From: Terriglobia bacterium
Lineage (GTDB): Bacteria > Acidobacteriota > Terriglobia > Terriglobales > Acidobacteriaceae
Direction of reading: 5' to 3'
Assembly: GCA_963841075.1 (NCBI GenBank)
Contig: CAWJBA010000014.1
Coordinates: 21,328 to 85,327 of the forward strand
DNA length: 64,000 bases
A program made the translations under genes and the position numbers. Position 1 is the stretch's first letter. Each line of letters begins with the position of its first letter. The notes beneath the pieces were generated by a model, which worked only from the letters and a program-made list of their open reading frames with translations, searched no databases and was not told where the DNA came from. Shown in pieces: positions 19,009 through 30,367 of this stretch.

Positions 19009-19605
19009 TTAGTCTTTGGCCGTGACCAGCGGCATATGCACCAGGTGCTCGCTGAGGAACCACGCCTGCAACTCGTTCAGGCGCAGGGCATCGCTGACTG
19101 CCAGGTCGTTGGTTCCGTCGTCGCCCAGTTTGTCTGCCCGCTCGGCCAATTCGCGGCATTCGCCGATAATGATCTTGTGGGCCTCCAGCAGGCGTGAGAG
19201 CTGCACGGGCACTTCTTCGCGGCCGCGCGGAGGGCGCTCAATCCGCGTCGTCTCTGCGATGTCGTGGGCCATGGCCAGGCTCACTCCGCCCAGCAGTTGA
19301 ATGCGCTCGGCGATGGTGTCAACCAATTCCGATTGTTCGCCGTAGTGCTTGTCGAAAAGAAGATGAAGCTGGTAGAAAGTGGGTCCGGCGACCTGCCAAT
19401 GCGATTTCTTGTACAGATCGCGCAGCGTCATGGTGTCGGCCAGGAGCTGGTTGAGATGCTCGGTCATTTCCAGGCGAACTGGTTCTTCCAATTCCAACGG
19501 CAGGGCGTGGCTGACCGTGCCGTACTTCTGGATTTCCGGAGCTCGTTGGTTAAAGTGGGGCTGGGCGGTGATGCCACCGTTGTGACCGGCGGTTTTTTTC
19601 GACAT
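19009..19605 (-). CDS. dps: Dps-family DNA-protection/ferritin-like protein
   Basis: 198 aa. SHWQVAGPTFYQLHLLFDKHY and DTIAERIQLLGG segments are typical of Dps. Confidence 0.85.
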   Translation of the reverse strand: MSKKTAGHNGGITAQPHFNQRAPEIQKYGTVSHALPLELEEPVRLEMTEHLNQLLADTMTLRDLYKKSHWQVAGPTFYQLHLLFDKHYGEQSELVDTIAERIQLLGGVSLAMAHDIAETTRIERPPRGREEVPVQLSRLLEAHKIIIGECRELAERADKLGDDGTNDLAVSDALRLNELQAWFLSEHLVHMPLVTAKD

Positions 19606-19840
19606 CGGAATTCTCCTCTTTAAATTTCTCGAACCTATCTTGGATGTATGTGAGAGATGGCATGGATGCGGGTTGCGGGCAAAGATTTCCGCAAGCGAGC
19701 CTCCATTATAGCGCCTGCCAAATCGGGATAGACCGCCAAGACGGCGGCCTGGATTTTCGGGCCAGAACCGCTGGCCAGCAAAATTCCGGATAATTGACTA
19801 TCATGGTGGGTTCGGCATTCATTGATGGAGAAAACCAGAC

Positions 19841-22519
19841 GTGGCTGAGACGCAGACCAACGGTGTGGAAGTTCTCGAAATCCGGGAGTGGCTGGATTCG
19901 CTGGATTACGTTTTGTCGGAAGGTGGTCCGGAGCGGGCCGGACGTCTGCTGCAGCAACTCTCTCTGCACGCCCGCCGCGCCGCCGGTGTAAACCTTCCCT
20001 TTACCGCAACCACCCCTTATCAGAATACGATCGCCTCCCGGCAGCAGCCGCCCTTTCCCGGCAGTCAGGAGATGGAGCGCCGCATCAAGAGCCTGGTGCG
20101 CTGGAATGCCCTGGCCATGGTGGTGCGGGCCAACAAGATCGAAAGCGGAATCGGCGGACATATTTCCACCTTCGCCTCTGCAGCTACCCTGTACGAAGTC
20201 GCGTTCAATCATTTCTTGCAGGCCAAAACCGAATCCGGAGACCGCGACCTGGTTTACTTCCAGGGCCACGCGGCGCCGGGCATGTATTCCCGCGCCTACC
20301 TGGAAGGCCGCATTCCGAAAGAGAAGCTGCAGAATTTCCGCCGCGAACTGAAGGCCGGCGGCGGTCTTTCTTCTTATCCCCATCCCTGGCTGATGCCGGA
20401 CTTCTGGGAATTCCCCACGGTCAGCATGGGGCTGGGTCCGATTCAGGCGATCTATCAGGCACGTTTCATCCGGTATCTTGAGAATCGCGGGTTGAAGACA
20501 ACGACGGGCGGCAGAGTCTGGGCCTTCATGGGCGATGGCGAGATGGACGAACCCGAGTCTCTGGGCTCCATCACCCTGGCTTCGCGCGAGCGCCTGGACA
20601 ACCTGATCTTTGTGGTGAACTGCAACCTGCAGCGCCTCGATGGCCCGGTGCGCGGCAACGGGAAAATCATTCAGGAACTGGAAGCGATTTTCCGCGGCGC
20701 CGGCTGGAACGTGATCAAAGTCATTTGGGGCAGCGACTGGGACAACCTCATCGGCAACGACCGTGACGGAATCCTGGTCAAGCGCATGGGCGAAATCACC
20801 GACGGCCAGTATCAGAAATATTTTGTAGAGAGTGGTGCTTACTTCCGCCACAACCTGTTCGGCAGTGACCCCCGCCTGCTGAAGATGGTGGAGCATCTTT
20901 CCGACGAGCAACTTTCCCGCATGCGGTTGGGCGGTCACGATCCCATCAAGGTGCACGCCGCCTTCAAGGCAGCTATCGAGCACAAGGGGGCGCCGACGGT
21001 GGTTCTGGCCAAGACCATCAAAGGCTATGGTTTGGGAGAAGCTGGCGAGGGTAAGAACATCACTCACCAGCAGAAAAAGCTGAACGAAGACGAACTGCGT
21101 GTGTTCCGCTCGCGTTTCGGGATTCCGATCGCCGACGAGGAATTGCAGGACGCGCCTTTCCATCGTCCGGCGGAAGACAGTCCGGAAATCCGCTACATGC
21201 AGGAGCGCCGCAAGCAACTGGGCGGCTACCTTCCCGAACGCAAGGTGCGCTCCAAGCCGATTGCTCCGGTTTCAGATGCGCACTTCGAGGAATTTCACAA
21301 AGGCACGGACGGCCGCGAAGTCTCGACCACCATGGTCTTCGTGCGCCTGCTGGGAAAGTTATTGCGCGATCCGGAAATCGGCAAGCTGATCGTGCCCATC
21401 ATTCCCGACGAAGCCCGCACCTTCGGCATGGAAGCCCTGTTCCGCCAGGTGGGAATCTACTCCAGCGTGGGCCAGCTCTACGAGCCGGTGGATATGGACA
21501 CGCTTCTTTATTACAAGGAAGCCAAAGATGGGCAGATTCTCGAAGAAGGCATCACTGAAGCCGGCTCGATCTGCTCCTTTATCGCCGCCGGAACTGCGTA
21601 CGCCAATCACGGGATCAATACGATCCCGTTTTTTATTTATTACTCGATGTTTGGTTTTCAGCGAATCGGAGATCTCATCTGGGCCGCCGCCGACATGCGC
21701 ACTCGCGGCTTCCTGATTGGCGGAACGGCTGGCCGCACCACGCTTGCCGGTGAGGGTCTGCAACATCAGGACGGCCACAGCCACCTGCTCGCGCTCCCGG
21801 TCCCCAATCTGCTCGCTTACGATCCCGCCTTCGCCTACGAGATCGGCGTCATTATTCAGGACGGCATCAAGCGCATGTATGTGGACCAGGAGTCCATCTT
21901 CTACTACCTGACCGTCACCAACGAACCTCTGCCGATGCCGGCCATGCCGGAAGGGAAGGACGTGCGCGACGGAATCCTGAAGGGTCTCTACCGCTTCCGT
22001 ACTTCGCCCAAGAAGGACGCTAAGCTGCGGGCTCAGCTTTTCGGTAGCGGCACCATCATGTACGAAGTGCTCAAGGCCCAGCAGATTCTGGAAGAAAAAT
22101 ACGGCGTGGCGGCGGATGTCTGGAGCGTGACCAGTTACAAGCAGCTTTATCGCGATGGCAACGACTGCGATCGTTGGAACATGCTGCACCCGGGCGAGGC
22201 CCCACGCGTGCCCTTTGTGAGCCAGGCGCTTAAGGATGCATCTGGAGTGCTGGTGGCGGCATCGGATTACATGAAAGTGCTGCCGGAATCGATCGCGCAG
22301 TGGATGCCGCGTCCACTGGTGGCTTTGGGCACCGACGGGTTCGGCCGCAGCGAGAGCCGGGTTTCGTTGCGCGATTTCTTCGAAGTAGATGCGAAGCATA
22401 TCGTGCTGGCGACGCTGACGGCTCTGCTGCGCGAGAGGCAGATCAAACTCGAGGTGCTGCAGAAGGCCGTGAAAGATTTGGGAATCAATCCGGAAAAGGC
22501 GAATCCGGCAAATACTTAA
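19841..22519 (+). CDS. aceE: pyruvate dehydrogenase E1 component (homodimeric type)
   Basis: 892 aa. ThDP motif GDGEMDEPES...NCNLQRLDG and full-length collinearity with AceE-type E1. Confidence 0.95.
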   Translation: MAETQTNGVEVLEIREWLDSLDYVLSEGGPERAGRLLQQLSLHARRAAGVNLPFTATTPYQNTIASRQQPPFPGSQEMERRIKSLVRWNALAMVVRANKIESGIGGHISTFASAATLYEVAFNHFLQAKTESGDRDLVYFQGHAAPGMYSRAYLEGRIPKEKLQNFRRELKAGGGLSSYPHPWLMPDFWEFPTVSMGLGPIQAIYQARFIRYLENRGLKTTTGGRVWAFMGDGEMDEPESLGSITLASRERLDNLIFVVNCNLQRLDGPVRGNGKIIQELEAIFRGAGWNVIKVIWGSDWDNLIGNDRDGILVKRMGEITDGQYQKYFVESGAYFRHNLFGSDPRLLKMVEHLSDEQLSRMRLGGHDPIKVHAAFKAAIEHKGAPTVVLAKTIKGYGLGEAGEGKNITHQQKKLNEDELRVFRSRFGIPIADEELQDAPFHRPAEDSPEIRYMQERRKQLGGYLPERKVRSKPIAPVSDAHFEEFHKGTDGREVSTTMVFVRLLGKLLRDPEIGKLIVPIIPDEARTFGMEALFRQVGIYSSVGQLYEPVDMDTLLYYKEAKDGQILEEGITEAGSICSFIAAGTAYANHGINTIPFFIYYSMFGFQRIGDLIWAAADMRTRGFLIGGTAGRTTLAGEGLQHQDGHSHLLALPVPNLLAYDPAFAYEIGVIIQDGIKRMYVDQESIFYYLTVTNEPLPMPAMPEGKDVRDGILKGLYRFRTSPKKDAKLRAQLFGSGTIMYEVLKAQQILEEKYGVAADVWSVTSYKQLYRDGNDCDRWNMLHPGEAPRVPFVSQALKDASGVLVAASDYMKVLPESIAQWMPRPLVALGTDGFGRSESRVSLRDFFEVDAKHIVLATLTALLRERQIKLEVLQKAVKDLGINPEKANPANT

Positions 22520-22612
22520 CGAATTGCGCCGTGCGGCGATCGAGGGCAGGATGCTCTCGGGACAGCCGGCAAGACACCAGCGCCACGAAGGCCTCCCAGG
22601 AGTGAATACCTA

Positions 22613-24364
22613 GTGACAGAATTCAAGCTTCCCGAACTCGGCGAAAACGTTGATCAGGGTGATCTGGTCCGGCTGATGGTGTCGCTAGGAGCGAACGTCA
22701 CCTTAGGCCAGCCAGTGATGGAACTGGAGACCGACAAAGCGGTCGTCGAAGTTCCATCTTCCGTCACGGGTACGGTCAACGAGATTCGCGTCAAGGAAGG
22801 CCAGAAAGTAAAAGTGGGCCAGGTAATTTTCACGGTGGAAAATGGAGCCGGCGCGAAAGCCAAGGCCGCCGAGTCCAAGCCCGTCGAGACTAAGCCCGTC
22901 GAAGCCAAAACGCCCGCAGTGAAAGTGCCTGCGGAAAAACCTGCCCCGGTTGCAAAGCCGGCACCTGCTCCCCAGACTTCACCAACTCCCGCATCTGTCG
23001 CGCCGGGTGCATCGGACTTCAAACTGCCGGAACTGGGCGAGAACATCGATCAGGGCGACCTGGTCCGGTTAATGATTTCCGTGGGTTCGAAAGTTTCCGA
23101 AGGCCAGCCCGTCATGGAACTGGAAACCGACAAGGCGGTGGTGGAAGTGCCATCTTCGGTGACCGGCACGGTGAAAGAAATCAAGGTCAAGGAAGGCCAG
23201 AAAATAAAAGTTGGCCAGGTAATCTTCACCCTGGAGGGCGGCGCAGCGGCCCAGCCGGAGAAGGCGAAGCATGTCCCGGTCGAGCACATCTCCGAGCAGC
23301 ATGAGGCTCGATTGTCGGTTCAGGCGGCCATTGAGGCCGAGGGAAAAACTCCCGCCCAGGTCTTCCTGCCCGATCAGCCGCAGCCGCAGGCTCCCAAGGC
23401 CTTTGCCATGCCGGAGCAACTGGGCAAGGTTGCTGGAACCGAGCATCGCGCGCCTGCTCCCGCCGCGCCTCACGTCCGCCGCCTGGCGCGGGAAATCGGA
23501 GTCGACATTTACGAAGTAAAGGGCTCGGGACCAGGCGGACGCATCAGCGAAGAAGATGTGAAGAGGCACGCCAAGAGCTTGCTGACTTCGGTAGCCGCCG
23601 CGACTCAATCCGGCCAGGGACGTCAGTTCGCGCAGCCGGAGCTTCCCGATTTCACCCGCTTTGGAAAGATTGAACGCGTCTCCATGCGCGGGGTGCGGCG
23701 CAAGACCGCCCAACATTTATGGGAAGCCTGGACCACCATTCCCCACGTCACCCAGCAGGACAAGGCCGACATCACCGAACTGGAGCAGTTGCGTGCCCGC
23801 TTCGCGCCCAAAGCCCAGGAAGCCGGGGGCAAGATGACGGTGACGGCGATCGCGCTGAAGGTGTGCGCCTCGGCGCTGAAGGTTTTTCCTCAGTTCAATG
23901 CCAGTATCGACATGGCGAAAGAAGAGATCATTTATAAGCAGTACATCAATGTCGGCGTTGCCGTGGACACCGACCGCGGTCTGCTGGTCCCGGTACTGCA
24001 CGACGTGGACAAGAAAAACATCGTTGAACTGGCAGCCGAACTGACCCAGCTTTCCAAGAAAGCCCGCGACAAAAAGCTTACGCCCGCGGAGATGGAGGGC
24101 GGGACTTTCACGATTACGAATCTTGGCGGTGTCGGCGGCACCGGATTCTCGCCTATCGTGAATTTTCCCGAAGTCGCGATTCTCGGATTGTCGCGGTCGA
24201 GCATGGAGCCGGTGTGGATGAACGGAAAATTCGAGCCTCGGCAAGTGCTGCCGCTTTCGCTCTCCTACGATCATCGCTTGATCGACGGCGCCGACGCAGC
24301 ACGGTTCCTGCGCTGGATCGCGGAAGCCTTCGAGCAACCTTTCCTGCTGTCGGTGCAGGGGTAG
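22613..24364 (+). CDS. aceF: dihydrolipoamide acetyltransferase E2 with two lipoyl domains
   Basis: GTG start. Two ELETDKA lipoyl domains (22622-22840 and 23018-23236), Ala/Pro linkers, subunit-binding PHVRRLAREIGVDI, and catalytic DHRLIDGA. Confidence 0.95.
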   Translation: MTEFKLPELGENVDQGDLVRLMVSLGANVTLGQPVMELETDKAVVEVPSSVTGTVNEIRVKEGQKVKVGQVIFTVENGAGAKAKAAESKPVETKPVEAKTPAVKVPAEKPAPVAKPAPAPQTSPTPASVAPGASDFKLPELGENIDQGDLVRLMISVGSKVSEGQPVMELETDKAVVEVPSSVTGTVKEIKVKEGQKIKVGQVIFTLEGGAAAQPEKAKHVPVEHISEQHEARLSVQAAIEAEGKTPAQVFLPDQPQPQAPKAFAMPEQLGKVAGTEHRAPAPAAPHVRRLAREIGVDIYEVKGSGPGGRISEEDVKRHAKSLLTSVAAATQSGQGRQFAQPELPDFTRFGKIERVSMRGVRRKTAQHLWEAWTTIPHVTQQDKADITELEQLRARFAPKAQEAGGKMTVTAIALKVCASALKVFPQFNASIDMAKEEIIYKQYINVGVAVDTDRGLLVPVLHDVDKKNIVELAAELTQLSKKARDKKLTPAEMEGGTFTITNLGGVGGTGFSPIVNFPEVAILGLSRSSMEPVWMNGKFEPRQVLPLSLSYDHRLIDGADAARFLRWIAEAFEQPFLLSVQG

Positions 24365-24380
24365 AATCTGAAAAACCTTA

Positions 24381-24451
24381 AACCACGGAGGACACTGAGG
24401 ACACGGACAACGCTAGGGAATTTCCTCTGTGTCCCTGCGTCCTCCGTGGTG
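24381..24451. repeat. hairpin repeat, family B copy 1 (between aceF and lpdA)
   Basis: ACCACGGAGGACACTGAGGACAC ... GTGTCCCTGCGTCCTCCGTGGT. The first 24 nt are identical to 63977-64000. Confidence 0.8.
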
Positions 24452-24467
24452 AAAGCCCTTCCGACGA

Positions 24468-25892
24468 ATGACTGAAATTTCAAACTTGCATATTGCAGTA
24501 GTAGGCGGCGGCCCGGGCGGCTATGCTGCCGCATTTCTCGCCGCCGATCTCGGACTCAAAGTCACGTTGATCGATCCGGAGGCCAATCCGGGCGGCGTCT
24601 GCCTCTATCGTGGCTGCATTCCATCGAAAGCCTTGCTGCACGTGGCCAAGTTGATCGACGAGTCACGTCACGCCAAAAATTGGGGGATCGAATACGCCGA
24701 TCCCAAAATCGATCTGGCCCGACTGCGCTCGTGGAAAGAAGGCGTGGTCAAAAAGTTGACCGGCGGCTTGGGCGTTCTCTCGAAGCAGCGCAAGGTCGAG
24801 TACGTTCAGGGACGCGCGGCCTTTGAGAATTCAAACACGCTGCGCATTTCGAAAGCCGGTGGCGGCGACGAAAGTCTGACTTTCGATCGCATCATCCTCG
24901 CGACCGGCTCCCGTCCCGCGATTATTCCGACCCTCAAACTCGACACTCCACGCATGATGGACTCCACCTCCGCGCTCGATCTGAGCGAACTGCCGGGCAC
25001 TCTGCTCGTGATCGGTGGCGGTTACATCGGGCTCGAGCTGGGCACGGTGTATGCCGCCCTGGGCTCGAAAGTTTCGGTGGTCGAGATGCTGTCTGGGCTG
25101 CTTCCGGGCGCCGACCGCGATCTGGTTCTTCCCCTGCACAAGCGCCTCGAAAAAAGTTTCGACTCTATTCTTCTGAACACTACGGTCGCGGCCGTGAAAG
25201 ACGAATCCAACGGTATCCGCGTGACCTTCGATGGACCCGACGTCAAGGAGAAAGAGAAAGTCTTCGACAAAGTTCTGGTCTCAGTAGGACGTAAGCCCAA
25301 TTCCGAAATTGCCGGATTGGAGAAGACTCAAGTCCAGGTGGGACCGCGCGGATTCATCCAGGTAAACAAGCAGTTGCAAACCAGCGATTCCGCAATTTAC
25401 GCCATCGGCGACGTGGTTGGTGAACCTATGCTTGCGCACAAAGCGTCGCACGAAGGCCGCACCGCGGTCGAAGCCATCGCTGGCCACAAAGTTGCATTCG
25501 AGCCTGCTGCCATTCCCGCCGTGGTTTTCACCGATCCCGAAATCGCGTGGTGTGGACTTACCGAAACCCAGGCGCAAAAAGAAAATCGCGAGATCAAGGT
25601 CGCGAAATTTCCCTGGGCTGCTTCGGGCCGAGCCATGACCATCGACCGCACCGAAGGTATGACCAAGCTTGTCCTCGACCCCCAGACCGAGCGCGTGCTG
25701 GGTGTTGGCATTGTAGGCGCGGGGGCGGGAGAACTCATCGCCGAAGGCGTGCTGGCGGTGGAAATGGCCGCTCTCGCCAAAGACATCGCTATGACCATTC
25801 ATCCGCATCCAACGCTTTCCGAGACCGTAATGCAAGCGGCCGAAGTCTTTTTTGGCACCAGCACGGACATATACCGGCCGAAGAAGAGTTGA
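24468..25892 (+). CDS. lpdA: dihydrolipoyl dehydrogenase E3
   Basis: 474 aa. GGGPGGY, redox-active [18 protein letters not shown] and HPHPTLSE. Confidence 0.95.
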   Translation: MTEISNLHIAVVGGGPGGYAAAFLAADLGLKVTLIDPEANPGGVCLYRGCIPSKALLHVAKLIDESRHAKNWGIEYADPKIDLARLRSWKEGVVKKLTGGLGVLSKQRKVEYVQGRAAFENSNTLRISKAGGGDESLTFDRIILATGSRPAIIPTLKLDTPRMMDSTSALDLSELPGTLLVIGGGYIGLELGTVYAALGSKVSVVEMLSGLLPGADRDLVLPLHKRLEKSFDSILLNTTVAAVKDESNGIRVTFDGPDVKEKEKVFDKVLVSVGRKPNSEIAGLEKTQVQVGPRGFIQVNKQLQTSDSAIYAIGDVVGEPMLAHKASHEGRTAVEAIAGHKVAFEPAAIPAVVFTDPEIAWCGLTETQAQKENREIKVAKFPWAASGRAMTIDRTEGMTKLVLDPQTERVLGVGIVGAGAGELIAEGVLAVEMAALAKDIAMTIHPHPTLSETVMQAAEVFFGTSTDIYRPKKS

Positions 25893-25898
25893 ACGTCC

Positions 25899-25924
25899 AC
25901 CGGAGAGATGCGGTCTCCGGTTTC
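25899..25924 (+). terminator. hairpin after lpdA (weak T-tail)
   Basis: ACCGGAGA-gatgcgg-TCTCCGGT followed by TTCG. Confidence 0.4.
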
Positions 25925-25997
25925 GTGGCCCAGCCGATTAGACGCCAGCACTACAAGTTTCCGCTCTGCATTACAATTCGTAGTCTCTAGACAGATC

Positions 25998-27776
25998 ATG
26001 TTCTTCCTGACACGAGCACGCGGGCTGCTTATTAGTCTGGCAATTGTTCTCGCCATCAGTCTGCCATCTTCGGGCTACCAGTTGATGCCGGGACAGCCCT
26101 CCCCGGGCGGAACTGGGACCGCGCCCGCGAGCCCAGCCGCAGACCCGCTCGGCCGCAATACTCCCAGCGGCACCTTGTATGGATTTCTCCAGGCGGCCCA
26201 GTCGGGAGATTACTCGATCGCGGCGCAATATCTGCAAATGTCCGCTGCCCGGCGCCTGGCGCAGGGAGAAGATGTCGCGGCCAAACTGAAACTTGTGATC
26301 GACCGGGCCTTTACCGGTGATTTGCGCCGAATCAGCAATCAGCCAGATGGAACGCCGCAGGAAGGCCTGCCTCTTGACCGTCAAAGAGTGGGCAGCCTGA
26401 ACGCCGGAGATTTAGACGCTGATCTGATTCTTGTCCGCGTTCCCGACACCAACGGAGGACGGATCTGGCTCATCTCCTCCGACACATTGGCCAGACTCCC
26501 CGAACTCTACGAGCAGGCGGCGGAGATGCAGGTCGAGGCACACCTCCCCCAGGCCCTGGTGCGCCACGAATTCCTTGGGCTCGCCTGGTGGCAGTGGATC
26601 GCGATAATTCTGGCCATCCCCGTAGCCGCGCTGCTGGGATGGATCGCGGTTCAAGTCCTGAGGCTGCCTTGGTACTTCTGGGCACGTTATCGGAACCATG
26701 CCGTGGCCCAGGCCTGGATTTCGATCGTGCGGCCACTTTGGCTGGTGCTGGGAGTTCTAGCGCACGGCATTCTGGTTTCTTACCTGCGTATTCCCGTGCT
26801 GCAAAGGCACCACTATCAGCAGATCGCTGAGGTCGTGGCGGTGATCGGCGGTAATTGGCTGCTGTGGCGGATTTTGCGCGAAGGGATGCGGAGCGTGCGG
26901 CAACGTGCCCTGCTTACCGGGCGGATGGGCACCGGTTCGCTCATGATTCTGGGTGAGCGCGTGCTCAAGGCTGCGATCTTCGTGCTGGCGATTTTCGTCA
27001 TCCTGGGAACACTGGGCTTCAACCTCACCACCCCGCTCGCAGGATTGGGAATCGGTGGCATCGCCGTTGCCTTTGCCGCGCAGAAGACTCTCGAAAACCT
27101 TTTCGGCGGGGTTTCGCTGCTGGGCGATGAGGTCCTCCGCATTGGAGACACGTGCCGCTTCGGCGACCGGGTGGGGACTGTTTCCGACATCAGCTTGCGC
27201 TCCACCCGGATCCGGACTCCCGAGCGCACCGAGCTTTCCATTCCGAACGGTTCTCTGGCGACCATGAATCTGGAGAACCTGAGCCGTCGCGACAAGATGC
27301 TGTTCAACACCAAGCTCGGCCTGCGCTACGAGACTTCAGCCGACCAGATGCGTTACGTGCTGGCGCAAGTCCGTCGCCTTCTGTACGAACATCCGAAAGT
27401 GGAAACCGAAGGCGCCCGCAGCCGGTTCGTTTCTTTCGATGCGAGCGCGCTTACCATTGAGATTTTTTGTTACATTCTTACCCGCGACGATAAAGAGTTC
27501 CTGGCGATCCGCGAAGACATTCTGCTCCGCATCATGGATATTGTCGCAGCAGCCGGGAGCGGCATCGCTTTCCCGTCGCAGACGGTTTACCTCGGCCGCG
27601 ACGCCGGAATCGACAAGGCGAAAGCGGAGGAGGTCACGCGCGAGGTGCAGAAGTGGCGCGAGGAAAACCAATTGCCTTTCCCCGACTTCACGCCCGAAGA
27701 TATTTCTGAAATCAGCAATTCGCTACCCTATCCTCAGCCCGGCTCTGCGGTTGGAAAAAAACAAGACACGCCCTGA
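25998..27776 (+). CDS. mechanosensitive ion channel (MscS family) with N-terminal periplasmic domain
   Basis: Start at the internal ATG 25998 (signal/TM). TM segments are followed by LENLFGGVSLLGDEVLRIGDTCRFGDRVGTVSDISLRSTRIRTPERTELSIPNG, typical of the MscS pore/beta domain. Confidence 0.85.
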   Translation: MFFLTRARGLLISLAIVLAISLPSSGYQLMPGQPSPGGTGTAPASPAADPLGRNTPSGTLYGFLQAAQSGDYSIAAQYLQMSAARRLAQGEDVAAKLKLVIDRAFTGDLRRISNQPDGTPQEGLPLDRQRVGSLNAGDLDADLILVRVPDTNGGRIWLISSDTLARLPELYEQAAEMQVEAHLPQALVRHEFLGLAWWQWIAIILAIPVAALLGWIAVQVLRLPWYFWARYRNHAVAQAWISIVRPLWLVLGVLAHGILVSYLRIPVLQRHHYQQIAEVVAVIGGNWLLWRILREGMRSVRQRALLTGRMGTGSLMILGERVLKAAIFVLAIFVILGTLGFNLTTPLAGLGIGGIAVAFAAQKTLENLFGGVSLLGDEVLRIGDTCRFGDRVGTVSDISLRSTRIRTPERTELSIPNGSLATMNLENLSRRDKMLFNTKLGLRYETSADQMRYVLAQVRRLLYEHPKVETEGARSRFVSFDASALTIEIFCYILTRDDKEFLAIREDILLRIMDIVAAAGSGIAFPSQTVYLGRDAGIDKAKAEEVTREVQKWREENQLPFPDFTPEDISEISNSLPYPQPGSAVGKKQDTP

Positions 27777-27894
27777 CCGGGTAGCGTCCTGATGGTGTCG
27801 TTGGCTTTCTTCGCGTCCTTTGCGGTCAAAGCTCTTAGACCGCGAAAAGCGCAAAGAAATCCGGAAAAGAAAGAAATACGAGGGGATACATTCC

Positions 27895-30030
<2,136 letters not shown>

Positions 30031-30284
30031 CTCCGGTCGATCAGTCTCGCTCTTGCTTTGCTCGGGATGACAGTGCTGAGAAGGGGCACGATGGTCTAGA
30101 GACTTTGGAACATCGGCGGACGAGTGCTGGTTTTTCGGGAACCCCGGTTTTTCCTAGGCAAACCAACCCCGACAATCCAGAACCCCCAAGTAACAGGAAT
30201 TACCGCCATTTCGAAGGACCGGTTTCCTGGCGATCGTAGTCCCCCCTCGCGTGTGCGTCTGTCCCCCAAAGTTGGCTGCGAATT

Positions 30285-30299
30285 TGGCACGCACCACGC
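30285..30299 (+). promoter_or_regulatory. candidate sigma-54 promoter
   Basis: TGGCAC-gcacc-ACGC has GG and GC with the canonical -24/-12 spacing. It lies ~70 nt upstream of the 30368 start. The -12 TT is not conserved. Confidence 0.3.
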
Positions 30300-30367
30300 C
30301 AACCAAGTGCCTCGCAATTACCACCGTAACTTGCTGGCCCTGACCGCCCTACCTACCATTAAAAGCT

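Noticed and set aside
19783-19798. Fur/PerR-like box (GATAATTGACTATCA) between dps and aceE
   Set aside because: It is only partially palindromic. It sits ~180 bp from the dps start but 45 bp from aceE, which is an unlikely target. It is too weak to report as a site.
19706-21217. 503 aa ORF antisense to aceE. Similar long antisense ORFs occur at 1879-2889, 39120-41120, 44182-46221, 45935-47035, 47410-48459, 52911-54098, 55141-55953 and 61196-62071.
   Set aside because: Each lies opposite a gene with unmistakable conserved motifs. The translations are Arg/Gly/Ala/His-rich with no recognisable domain, as expected for stop-poor antisense frames in high-GC DNA.
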